Of a stretch of DNA of 32,000 bases, positions 8,232 to 17,012 are shown piece after piece; within the stretch, counting starts at the first letter, position 1, and each line of letters begins with the position of its first letter. The translations under genes and the position numbers were made by a program. Origin of the DNA: Andreesenia angusta (GTDB lineage Bacteria; Bacillota; Clostridia; Tissierellales; Gottschalkiaceae); assembly GCF_001855385.1 (NCBI RefSeq), contig NZ_MKIE01000001.1, forward strand, positions 365,448-397,447, in the 5' to 3' direction. The notes below the pieces were generated by a model. The model saw only the letters and a program-made list of their open reading frames with translations, was not told the DNA's origin and did no database searches.

Positions 8232-10769
8232 CTAGAGGTATTCGTTTGCGGAAAATTTAAGCCTTTCTATGGAAAAATTGCATTCAGCCAGTATCTCCGG
8301 CCAAATCCTGACCATCTCCTTGACTTTCTCCTTTATAGCTCTAGAGATTTCCTCCCAAGGGACCAGTTCCGGATCTGTCTTTTTCTCGCTGTCTTTCACC
8401 TCTCCATATGACCATCCAGTCTCTTTCTTGTGGTAGTACCATCTGTTGTGCTCGTACTCGGCCAGTATTTCAAGCTCGTTTTCAGTGAACTTTATCGGCC
8501 TAGGGTTTTCCTTTACATAGGATATGTCGTAGTGGACTGTGAGCAGAGCATTTGTGATATGCTTGGCCTGGTCTCTGCTCGAATTCTTGAGCTCCTCGTC
8601 CAACTCGTCCCATGGCTTTAGAAACTCCGGGTTTATGTCCTTGTTTATAAGCCTGTACCTCTCGTGTATCTCCATGGCTATCCTCTCCAGCTTTTCACTG
8701 TAGAAAGCGTCGTGCATCAGATGCCTGAGGAACTGGTCTTCGTCCACATGGAGCTTTAACTGCTCTTTTGAAGGAAGCTGGGACTGTCCCCATTTCTTGG
8801 CGTTAGTCAGCATGCTCATGTCAAGTATGGCCTCTATCGACCTGGACTCGTGCTTGTACCTCGAAACCTTCAAGAGCGCTCTAAGCACTCCGCTGTCTAT
8901 CTTGGCCTTTCCGTTTTCCTCTAGCAGGTGTGGAGCTTTTAGCTCTATAAGCGTTCTGAGTATCACAGCCCTTCTTATTATATAGAGCTGGTCATATGAG
9001 TCGCTCACCTTGTTAGGCCCGAGTATGTTTACGTAACCCCTGAGCCTGCTCACAAAGTCAGGACCTTTTGCGTCCCTGAACTCCGAACCCTCCTCGCAGA
9101 ATTCATCGTATGTGCTGCTTGTCCCTCCTGCAAACACGAATATAGCTCTGCCTATAGGGTGGACCGAGTCTCCATCCCTGAACTCCCCGTCCTGCATCGG
9201 AGCCAGCAGGTATTTCAGCCATCCCAGCTTCCCTCCGAAAGCCGAGTCGAATTCGTCAAAGAACACCAGCGGTATCTTCTGCTGAAGCGACAAGTCTCTC
9301 ACCTTATGAAAGGCTTCCGCCAGATTGTCTATGTCCCTGAACTGCGAGAGATTAAAATTCAGCTTCTCTATCCTGTTCGGGGCGATGCTCTTGGCTATCT
9401 CCGTGACCCCGAAAGACTTTCCAGATCCAGGTGTTCCAAATACCGCTATAGAGAGCGGCCTTGCCACCGACTTGCTGGAGATATACTCCTCCATGAGGTT
9501 CTTTATGCTTCTGTAGCTCTCTATCTCTGTCCTGTCCACAGATTTCAGATTCCCAAACTTGGATACAGGTACAAACTTTAATACATCCTTGTCTCCGCAT
9601 TTGACTATATCCTGAGCTATCTGGGCTATGCTCGCAGAGCTCTTATCTTTCAATATATACCAGTCTAGGTATGAATCCATGTCCATGTAGTTTGGGATTC
9701 TCACGTCCTGAACATGCTCTTTCAGCACGTAGTCCGACTTTGCGCTCCTGAATATCTCGGGGCTCGGAAAAGGGCAGTCTTTGCACATGCTTCCGAAGCC
9801 TTCTACGTAGTATTTATTGGAGGCCACCATCCCAAGCCTTATCCCCTCGTCTATGGCCATGTCCAAGCTCTCCTTGTTGTAGTTCATCTCCAGTATGCTC
9901 TTCGAGAGTCCGGAGACAAAACAGGAAGTCAAGCCGTAGATTTTGCCTCTCTCTTCCCTTATAGTCTCGCCTTCAAAGGCGTAAGGCAGGAAGTAGAGCT
10001 TGTACTCCACGACGCTCTCATTCCTGTAGTATATGGCCCCTTCAAGCCCAAATGGAACTACAAGGTGTTTGCAGTTCAGCAAAAAAGAAAGTCTGGGGTT
10101 GTTGTTCAGCTGCCATACGAAGTCCTGTGAAGTCTTCTCCCAAGACAGACTCTTGCTTATGTTGACGCCTTTCAGTCTCAAGTCGTCGCTGTTTATGACT
10201 ATGACCGTATTTTCCAGATGGTTCTTCTCCAAGTGCTTCCAGAGGGGATTCGAGTCTATGGGGTTGTTCATCTTGTATATTATGGTAGGACGCTTCCCCT
10301 CTGTGACTATGCCCTCTGGCCAGTACTCCGGCGACTCGTTGAATCCGTTGTTCTCGTCGTCTATTATTATCAGCTTTGAATCCGGGTCATCCTGCTCTAT
10401 CTTCAAGAGCTTTGGCCTGCCGCCGAAGGGCTCGGAGAACCCTAGAAATCGCTTCACTCTGTAGACTTTTTTCTTGGGCGTCTTGGGGTGCTTTGGGTAC
10501 TGCTCCAGCTCCGCCGTAGAGCTCAGGAACTCCCCAAGGCTGTCAAAGTCTATTTCGTCGAGTTTGGGCGAAACCACGTTTGCCCCGGTGGATATGCCCA
10601 CAAACTTTGCAAGCAGCAACGACTCTCCAGGCCTAGAAACGCTGTGGACATGCGAGTAGCCTTCCCAGTTATGCCCGTGTATCTCCTTGGGCTTTGTGAT
10701 CCACTGCGTTCTATTTATGCTTATGTCACCTGAAACCACTATGTTGAAATTGCCGTAGTTTCGCTCCAT
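8232..10769 (-). CDS. 845-aa multidomain protein: degenerate ribokinase/PfkB-like N-terminal module, AAA+ ATPase, tandem RyR domain; function unknown
   Basis: Walker A GTPGSGKS (aa 445-452, nt 9414-9437); Walker B LVFFDEFD; sensor-1-like FAGGTSS; Arg-rich FVSRLRG. RyR repeats are IAMEIHERY...PWDELDEELKNSSRDQA and LAEYEHNRWYYHKKETGWSYG...LVPWEEIS. The N-terminal ~345 aa follows PfkB motif order but has GLTS where PfkB has GAGD. Confidence 0.85.
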   Translation of the reverse strand: MERNYGNFNIVVSGDISINRTQWITKPKEIHGHNWEGYSHVHSVSRPGESLLLAKFVGISTGANVVSPKLDEIDFDSLGEFLSSTAELEQYPKHPKTPKKKVYRVKRFLGFSEPFGGRPKLLKIEQDDPDSKLIIIDDENNGFNESPEYWPEGIVTEGKRPTIIYKMNNPIDSNPLWKHLEKNHLENTVIVINSDDLRLKGVNISKSLSWEKTSQDFVWQLNNNPRLSFLLNCKHLVVPFGLEGAIYYRNESVVEYKLYFLPYAFEGETIREERGKIYGLTSCFVSGLSKSILEMNYNKESLDMAIDEGIRLGMVASNKYYVEGFGSMCKDCPFPSPEIFRSAKSDYVLKEHVQDVRIPNYMDMDSYLDWYILKDKSSASIAQIAQDIVKCGDKDVLKFVPVSKFGNLKSVDRTEIESYRSIKNLMEEYISSKSVARPLSIAVFGTPGSGKSFGVTEIAKSIAPNRIEKLNFNLSQFRDIDNLAEAFHKVRDLSLQQKIPLVFFDEFDSAFGGKLGWLKYLLAPMQDGEFRDGDSVHPIGRAIFVFAGGTSSTYDEFCEEGSEFRDAKGPDFVSRLRGYVNILGPNKVSDSYDQLYIIRRAVILRTLIELKAPHLLEENGKAKIDSGVLRALLKVSRYKHESRSIEAILDMSMLTNAKKWGQSQLPSKEQLKLHVDEDQFLRHLMHDAFYSEKLERIAMEIHERYRLINKDINPEFLKPWDELDEELKNSSRDQAKHITNALLTVHYDISYVKENPRPIKFTENELEILAEYEHNRWYYHKKETGWSYGEVKDSEKKTDPELVPWEEISRAIKEKVKEMVRIWPEILAECNFSIERLKFSANEYL

Positions 10770-10770
10770 C

Positions 10771-11160
10771 TTAATCTTCCTCTGCCCTTATCATCTCCAC
10801 TCTGTAGCCGTCAGGATCTGTCACAAAGTAGAATGTCGGCGGAGTTCCCGGAAGCCCGCTTAAGTTTGTAACACTGTATCCCATCTTTTCATGCTTCTCT
10901 CTCGCGCCTTCAAGGTCTTCAACTTCCACTGCTACATGGCTGTATCCATTTCCTATGATGTACGGCTCTTTCTGATCGTAGTTGTAGGTAAGCTCCAGCT
11001 CGTACTTTCTGTCTTCGTCGCTCAAGTACACCAGTGTAAATCCATGTTCGGGGAAATCCTTTCTCCTGGTCTCCACTAGCCCTATGGCGTTTTTGTAAAA
11101 CTCAAGTGATTTCTCTAAATCCATAACTCTTATGCATACGTGCAGCATCTTAACTTTCAT
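10771..11160 (-). CDS. gloA: Lactoylglutathione lyase (glyoxalase I, VOC superfamily)
   Basis: MLHVCIRVMDLEKSLEFYK, ELELTYN, YSHVAVEV and DPDGYRVEMI place the four metal ligands as in GloA. SD AAAGGAG upstream. Confidence 0.75.
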   Translation of the reverse strand: MKVKMLHVCIRVMDLEKSLEFYKNAIGLVETRRKDFPEHGFTLVYLSDEDRKYELELTYNYDQKEPYIIGNGYSHVAVEVEDLEGAREKHEKMGYSVTNLSGLPGTPPTFYFVTDPDGYRVEMIRAEED

Positions 11161-11294
11161 ATCTGTTCATCTCCTTTAATTCTTACTTACTCAATATTAT
11201 ACCCTCTCAATAAAATTATATTGGTCTATCGGGAGAAATTACTCCTCATTTTATTGTATAATGTCTAAAAGAAGATTTATAGGTGGTGTTTTTC

Positions 11295-12365
11295 ATGTTT
11301 GAAAACTTGTATTCTGAACTTCTAGAAGCTCTAAGCCATGGCGAAGAAGTCGCACTGGTAAGCTATATGAACCCTGAAAGTCCAAATTCAGGCTCTATCG
11401 TAGGCAAGAAGCTAGTCTCCCGTGCCCAGTTAAAAAACGGACCAGGTGAGTCGGGACTATCCCCTGAAGCAGAGCTTATATATGAAAGCTTCAACACAGG
11501 TGTTCCTCAGTCCAGAAATATAGATGGAAGATTTATAATGGTAGAGCCTTATTTCCCTAAGCCAAGGCTTATAGTCTTTGGAGGTGGCCATATAGCAAAG
11601 CCCCTTTCAGAGCTTGCAGCTAAGTCGGAGTTCGACGTCACAGTTGTAGACGACAGGCCTATGTTTGCCAACAGCGGCCGATTTCCAGAAGCCCAAAATG
11701 TGATCTGTAAGAGCTTTGAAAACGCTTTCGACGAGCTAAAGCTCAGAAGCTCGGACTTTGTGGTGATAGTCACTAGGGGCCATGTGCACGACGGAATCTG
11801 CATAAGAGAAGCTCTAAACCACGAGCTATCATATCTCGGCATGATCGGCTCTAAGCGAAGGGTCAAGGGCATGATGGACACACTGAGAGAAGAAGGCTAC
11901 TCCGAGGAAAGGCTTACATCTGTTTCTTCTCCTATTGGGCTTGATATCGGCGCTGTAACCCCTTTTGAGATAGCTGTGTCTATAATCGCGGAGGTCATAG
12001 AGTACAGACGGCTCCGAAACGGTGGAAGAGACAGTGCCAGAAACAAGAAGTTCAACTGGCCCGAGTTTGATAGAGAGGTGCTTGAGACCATGTGTGCTCC
12101 AGATAAAAACAGAGCGCTTGTGACCATAATCTCGTCTAAAGGCTCTGTGCCTAGAAAGGCCGGAGCCAAGATGGTAGTCTACCTCGATGGAAGACTGCTT
12201 GGAAGCATAGGAGGTGGCTGCAGCGAAGCCGGTGTAATAACTCTTGCAAGGGATATAATAAGAGACAAGGGCTACTGCATATCATCTGTAGATATGACCG
12301 GTGAAGTGGCCGAAGAGCTGGGCATGGTCTGTGGCGGAGTTATGGACGTATTGATAGAGTCATAA
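11295..12365 (+). CDS. XdhC/CoxI family molybdoenzyme maturation accessory protein
   Basis: Rossmann segment RLIVFGGGHIAKPLSELA...VTVVDDRP. The canonical XdhC_CoxI motif SSKGSVPRKAGAKMVV...GSIGGGCSE sits at the C-terminus. ATG 11295 follows the SD AGGTGG. Confidence 0.75.
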   Translation: MFENLYSELLEALSHGEEVALVSYMNPESPNSGSIVGKKLVSRAQLKNGPGESGLSPEAELIYESFNTGVPQSRNIDGRFIMVEPYFPKPRLIVFGGGHIAKPLSELAAKSEFDVTVVDDRPMFANSGRFPEAQNVICKSFENAFDELKLRSSDFVVIVTRGHVHDGICIREALNHELSYLGMIGSKRRVKGMMDTLREEGYSEERLTSVSSPIGLDIGAVTPFEIAVSIIAEVIEYRRLRNGGRDSARNKKFNWPEFDREVLETMCAPDKNRALVTIISSKGSVPRKAGAKMVVYLDGRLLGSIGGGCSEAGVITLARDIIRDKGYCISSVDMTGEVAEELGMVCGGVMDVLIES

Positions 12366-12439
12366 TTTAATCCGACAAAGACATTCTGTGATATAATATT
12401 AATTACAAAAACTTAATTCAATATATTGGAGTGATTTCT

Positions 12440-13462
12440 ATGAGCAATACGGTAAACATCGACTGGGATAAACTTGGATTTGACTACATCAAAACAGAGT
12501 ATCGCTATATATCTGTCTGGAAAGATGGAAAGTGGGACGAAGGAACTCTTACAACAGACAATACGCTTCACATAAGCGAGGCCTCCACTGCACTTCACTA
12601 CGGACAACAGTGTTTCGAAGGTCTCAAGGCCTATAGAAGAAGCGACGGAAAAGTACAGCTCTTCAGACCTGACGAAAATGCCAAGAGAATGAACAGAAGC
12701 GCTGAAAGGCTTCTGATGCCGGAGGTTCCTGTTGAGAAGTTCATAGATGCCTGCAAACAGGTTGTAAAGGCAAACGAGGGATATGTTCCGCCATACGGAA
12801 CTGGAGGGACTCTATACCTCAGACCTTTCCTTATAGGTGTTGGAGACAATATAGGGGTCAAAGCGGCTCCGGAGTATATTTTCTCTGTGTTCTGCGTGCC
12901 AGTTGGCCCTTATTTCAAGGGCGGAATGACTCCTGTAAACTTCCTTGTTTCAGACTACGACAGAGCTGCTCCTTACGGAACTGGGGCGGCCAAGGCAGGC
13001 GGAAACTACGCGGCCAGCCTTTATCCTCTTTTGAAAGCGAAGGAAGCTGGTTTTGCAGACTGCATCTACCTAGACCCTGCTACGCATACTAAAATAGAGG
13101 AAGTTGGATCTGCCAATTTCTTTGGAATAACAAAAGACGACAGGTTTATAACGCCTGCTTCTCCGTCCATACTCAGAAGCATCACTAGGATATCCCTTAT
13201 GGATATAGCCCGCGACTATCTGAAGCTGGAAGTTGAAGAGCGCGACGTGCCTATAACCAGCCTTTCAGACTTCAAGGAGGCTGGAGCTTGCGGCACTGCG
13301 GCAGTTATCACTCCTATAGGTGGAATAAAGCACGGTGACGACTTCCACGTGTTCTACAGTGAAGAGGAAGTTGGGCCTGTTACAAAGAAGCTATACGAGA
13401 CGCTTTGCGGAATTCAGTTTGGAGATATCGAAGCTCCTGAAGGCTGGATATTCGAGGTTTAG
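12440..13462 (+). CDS. ilvE: Branched-chain amino acid aminotransferase (class IV)
   Basis: [19 protein letters not shown] and [11 protein letters not shown] motifs. ATG 12440 lies 8 nt after GGAG. Confidence 0.9.
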   Translation: MSNTVNIDWDKLGFDYIKTEYRYISVWKDGKWDEGTLTTDNTLHISEASTALHYGQQCFEGLKAYRRSDGKVQLFRPDENAKRMNRSAERLLMPEVPVEKFIDACKQVVKANEGYVPPYGTGGTLYLRPFLIGVGDNIGVKAAPEYIFSVFCVPVGPYFKGGMTPVNFLVSDYDRAAPYGTGAAKAGGNYAASLYPLLKAKEAGFADCIYLDPATHTKIEEVGSANFFGITKDDRFITPASPSILRSITRISLMDIARDYLKLEVEERDVPITSLSDFKEAGACGTAAVITPIGGIKHGDDFHVFYSEEEVGPVTKKLYETLCGIQFGDIEAPEGWIFEV

Positions 13463-13467
13463 AATTC

Positions 13468-13500
13468 AAAAGACGGACCCTGATGGGGTCCGTCTTTTTT
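13468..13500. terminator. Bidirectional terminator between convergent ilvE and bioA
   Basis: AGACGGACCC (13471-13480) pairs with GGGTCCGTCT (13486-13495). An A-run lies on the left and T6 on the right. Confidence 0.7.
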
Positions 13501-14872
13501 ATGCTCCGAAGTGCTCTTTTATCGAATTTGCTGCCACGTCTGTCATAAAGTCCATGTCATCTTGATCCACAACATACGGGGGCATAAAGTATATTATATT
13601 TCCCAGCGGCCTAAGCAGCACGCCTTTCGTGACTGCTCTCTTGTATATCTCGTACCCCACTCTCAGATTGGGGTCGAACCCTAGCTTGTTCGCCCTGTCT
13701 GATACAAGCTCTATGGCCCCTATCATCCCTAGCTGGCGGTATTCGCCTACCTGCTCTATGTTTTTTATCTTCTGGGTCACCATATCGTACATAGCCTTGG
13801 ACTTTTCCCGGTTTTTATCTAGTATGAATTCGTCCTTGAATATATTAAGCGACTCCACCCCAACTGCACACGAAAGCGGATTTCCCGTGTAGCTGTGGGA
13901 GTGTAGAAACGACTTCATCTTGTCGTAGTCATCGTAGAAAGCTCTGTATATCTCGTCTGTGGTGACTGTCAAGGCCATGGGAAGGTACCCTGCCGTAAGC
14001 CCTTTCGACAGGCAGACTATATCAGGCACTATTTTGGCATGGTCTATTCCAAACATCTTCCCTGTCCTTCCAAAGCCCACCGCTATCTCATCTGCTATAA
14101 GGTTTATTCCGTAGCAAGTGCACAGCTTCCGCAGCTTTTCAAGGTATTTAGGGGAGTATATATTTATTCCCCTTGCACACTGCACCATGGGTTCCACTAT
14201 TATCCCGCTTATATCCTTATGCTCTCTTGAAACCCTCTCTTCCATAAGCTCAAAGCACTCGGCCTCACAGCTCTCTCTTCTAAGCCCGTATCTGCACCTG
14301 TAGCAGTCCGGCCCTTCCACTCTTTTCACGTCTAAAAGCATGGGGCTGTATATGTCGCTGTAGAGACCCACTCCGCTTACAGACAGCGCCCCTATAGTCT
14401 CGCCATGGTAGGCCCCCTCCAGAGACAGAAACTTTGTCTTTCCGCTCTGGCCAGTCTGCATATGGTATTGAAAGCTCATCTTGAGCGCGATCTCCACAGC
14501 AGAAGAGCCGTTGTCGCTGAAGAAGACCTTGGAAAGCCCGTCCGGCAATAGCTCAACCACCATCTCAGACAGCTCTATTGCGGGGCTGTGCGAAAAATTG
14601 GCGAATATCGCATGCTCCAGCTTGTCCACCTGAGCTTTCAGCGCCTCGTTTATCCTCTTGTTCGAATGTCCAAACAGATTCACCCACCATGAGGACACAG
14701 CGTCTAGATAGCTTTTCCCGTCCACGTCGTAGAGATAGGCCCCCTCCCCTCTCGCCAGCACTATCGGAGGGAAGTCCTCGTAGTCCTTCATCTGCGAGCA
14801 AGGATGCCATATATGTTTCAAGTCCCTCTGCTGAAGCGATTTCATTTCATCGCTGTAAAAACAGTTTTTCAA
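13499..14872 (-). CDS. bioA: Adenosylmethionine-8-amino-7-oxononanoate aminotransferase
   Basis: HIWHP N-terminal motif and class-III aminotransferase motifs (DEIAVGFGRTGKMF). TTG 14872 lies 6 nt after the SD AGGGGGTGG. Confidence 0.9.
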   Translation of the reverse strand: MKNCFYSDEMKSLQQRDLKHIWHPCSQMKDYEDFPPIVLARGEGAYLYDVDGKSYLDAVSSWWVNLFGHSNKRINEALKAQVDKLEHAIFANFSHSPAIELSEMVVELLPDGLSKVFFSDNGSSAVEIALKMSFQYHMQTGQSGKTKFLSLEGAYHGETIGALSVSGVGLYSDIYSPMLLDVKRVEGPDCYRCRYGLRRESCEAECFELMEERVSREHKDISGIIVEPMVQCARGINIYSPKYLEKLRKLCTCYGINLIADEIAVGFGRTGKMFGIDHAKIVPDIVCLSKGLTAGYLPMALTVTTDEIYRAFYDDYDKMKSFLHSHSYTGNPLSCAVGVESLNIFKDEFILDKNREKSKAMYDMVTQKIKNIEQVGEYRQLGMIGAIELVSDRANKLGFDPNLRVGYEIYKRAVTKGVLLRPLGNIIYFMPPYVVDQDDMDFMTDVAANSIKEHFGA

Positions 14873-15461
14873 CGTCTTCCACCCCCTTGAATTCAGTTAT
14901 GACCTCTAGTCCAGTGTACGCCTCTACGACTCTCTTGTTGTCTTGCTCAAACTCGCTGCCTGCATATCTATTCGCAAATATTGACCTTACCTCTATTCCC
15001 TTTGACTTCAGGAATTCATAAGACAGCAGCGTGTGGTTTATTCCACCTACCCTCAGCTCGGTCACGAGTAGCACCGGGACTCCCAGCTCAAGCATCATCT
15101 GCCACATGTAGTACTCTCCCCTTACGATCGGAACCACAATGCCTCCAGCGCCCTCTACAATTATGTAGTCGGCATTTTCCGCCATATGGTTGTAGTCGTC
15201 AAGTATCTTTGCTCTCGATATCTCGACTCTTTCCAGCTCAGAAGACAGATGCGGAGAGCAGGGCTCCTTCATGGTGTAGCTGTTGGCCACTCTGATCCCG
15301 CAGCCTGACAATTCGTCTGTGTCTCCGTATCCTCCACTCTGCACAGGCTTGTAGTATACGGCGTGCTTTCCTGATTCTACTAGCTTCTCTGAGATAGCTC
15401 TAGAGACTACAGTCTTTCCTATGTCTGTATCTGTTCCCGTTATAAATATAGACTTCTTCAA
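14847..15461 (-). CDS. bioD: Dethiobiotin synthase
   Basis: P-loop ITGTDTDIGKT. TTG start follows the SD GGAGAGGTGAGGA. Confidence 0.9.
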   Translation of the reverse strand: MKKSIFITGTDTDIGKTVVSRAISEKLVESGKHAVYYKPVQSGGYGDTDELSGCGIRVANSYTMKEPCSPHLSSELERVEISRAKILDDYNHMAENADYIIVEGAGGIVVPIVRGEYYMWQMMLELGVPVLLVTELRVGGINHTLLSYEFLKSKGIEVRSIFANRYAGSEFEQDNKRVVEAYTGLEVITEFKGVEDVEKLFLQR

Positions 15462-15465
15462 TTCC

Positions 15466-16275
15466 TCACCTCTCCACAGTTACGTAAATGCAGTGGTAAC
15501 TGGCTCTTATCTTTTCTTTTTCCCTGTAGCTTTGATCGTATATCTCCATTGTGCGCTTTATAATTCCAGGGCTGTTTGTAAGCATGTCGCTTTTGCTGTT
15601 GGCGCCTATCTTCTTTATGGAGTGGAGAAATTCTTTCGACGAATCAAAGTACTCGTACTCCATCTTCTCTTCTAATTTTATTTTGCATTTAAGCCCGATT
15701 GACTTGGCGCTGCGCTCAAGCATCAGTTTAAGTTCTGGCAAACTGTAAAAGCTCTGTCCCAGTCTCGCTCCGTCGAACGAGTTTTTTTCTAGTCTTGCCT
15801 TCTTGAAAGCTTCGTTTAGCTCCCAGAAGTTCTTTTCCCCAAAAGTCGAAAACGTCATGAGCCCTCCTGTCTTCAAGCATCCAGTCAGCTTGGAGAACGT
15901 GGACTCTATTTCATTTAACCACTGAAATGTGGCGTTTGAAACGATCAAGTCGTATTCGCATTCAAAGTTGGCACTCTCTACATCTTCACAGCGAAACTCG
16001 ACTATCTTGCCAAACTTCTTGCTTGACTCTTCTATCATCCCCGGGGCTATGTCTAGAGCGTGTAACTTAGGATTTTCAAGCTCTCGCAAGAGGAGTCCTG
16101 TCAGATACCCTGTGCCGCAGCCTATCTCCAGTACATCCAAGTTGCTCTGTTTTTTTGCAGCAGCTTTCACTTCCCCGATCAGCTTCTGAGACATCTTCTT
16201 CTGCACAAGAGCGTAGCTGTCATAGCTGGATGCGCTTGCGCTGAACCGCCTGCGCAGAGAATTTTTGTCTATCAT
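15466..16275 (-). CDS. bioC: Malonyl-ACP O-methyltransferase
   Basis: SAM motif VLEIGCGTGYLT. Its position in the bio operon supports the call, and its ATG overlaps the bioH stop (ATGA). Confidence 0.85.
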   Translation of the reverse strand: MIDKNSLRRRFSASASSYDSYALVQKKMSQKLIGEVKAAAKKQSNLDVLEIGCGTGYLTGLLLRELENPKLHALDIAPGMIEESSKKFGKIVEFRCEDVESANFECEYDLIVSNATFQWLNEIESTFSKLTGCLKTGGLMTFSTFGEKNFWELNEAFKKARLEKNSFDGARLGQSFYSLPELKLMLERSAKSIGLKCKIKLEEKMEYEYFDSSKEFLHSIKKIGANSKSDMLTNSPGIIKRTMEIYDQSYREKEKIRASYHCIYVTVER

Positions 16276-17012
16276 GCGTCATCTCCCCTATCCATAAACT
16301 CCTCTATATACTTAAAGCAAAGCTCCTCTTCAGTCAAGAAAGGGACATGCCCACATCTCTCTATAGTCTTTAACTCAAAGCTGTTCATATTTCTCTCCGC
16401 CATGTACTTTGACGCCTCTACTGGCACTATCATATCCGCTTCACCGTGCACCATCAGCGTAGGGACGCTTAAACCCTGAACGATCTCCCTCAAGTCTGTT
16501 TTTTTGAGGTATTCGAGCCCCAGTTTAAGCTGCTCTATATCTTGAGCCTTCAAGTTATCTAGCCCTGACTTGTCCAAGTTTCTCTCTATTTCGCTTTCAG
16601 AGAAAAGACTGGATCTGAACGAGCTCACTGTCTCCTCGCCTCTCAAGTCCAGATTCCTTATCATCCTGTCCAGAACCTTGGCTCCCCATCCCGCCCTGTA
16701 CCCACTCTCTTTGTCTTGGGTAAACCTAGAGGTGGGTGATATCAGTATCAGCCGGTCCAAGGGCTTATATAGCTCTGCCGCAAGTTCAAGGGCCACAATC
16801 GCACCTAGCGACCACCCCAGTAGACTTACACTTCTAGCTCCTGCTTTTGAGATATGTTCACTCACCCTGTCTTTGAAGGATTCTGTAGAGCAAATGCCCT
16901 CCCAGTCCAGATGCTCTATTTGAAATCGACCTGAAAGCGAATCCGAGAAACTCCCCCAGATATTCTTGTCCATGCTCCACCCCGGAAGCATTATCAGATA
17001 CGGCTTATCCAT
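16272..17012 (-). CDS. bioH: Pimeloyl-ACP methyl ester esterase (alpha/beta hydrolase, BioH-type)
   Basis: Nucleophile elbow LLGWSLGA and C-terminal CGHVPFL. It lies between bioF and bioC. ATG 17012 follows the SD GAGGAG. Confidence 0.7.
   Translation of the reverse strand: MDKPYLIMLPGWSMDKNIWGSFSDSLSGRFQIEHLDWEGICSTESFKDRVSEHISKAGARSVSLLGWSLGAIVALELAAELYKPLDRLILISPTSRFTQDKESGYRAGWGAKVLDRMIRNLDLRGEETVSSFRSSLFSESEIERNLDKSGLDNLKAQDIEQLKLGLEYLKKTDLREIVQGLSVPTLMVHGEADMIVPVEASKYMAERNMNSFELKTIERCGHVPFLTEEELCFKYIEEFMDRGDDA

Noticed and set aside
8430-10733. Numerous plus-strand ORFs of 60-143 aa antisense to the 845-aa gene (e.g. 9159-9581, 9714-10130, 10033-10464).
   Set aside because: These are shadow ORFs on the opposite strand of a long, motif-rich CDS. 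They have no SD sequences and low-complexity or odd composition, and they overlap one another in different frames.
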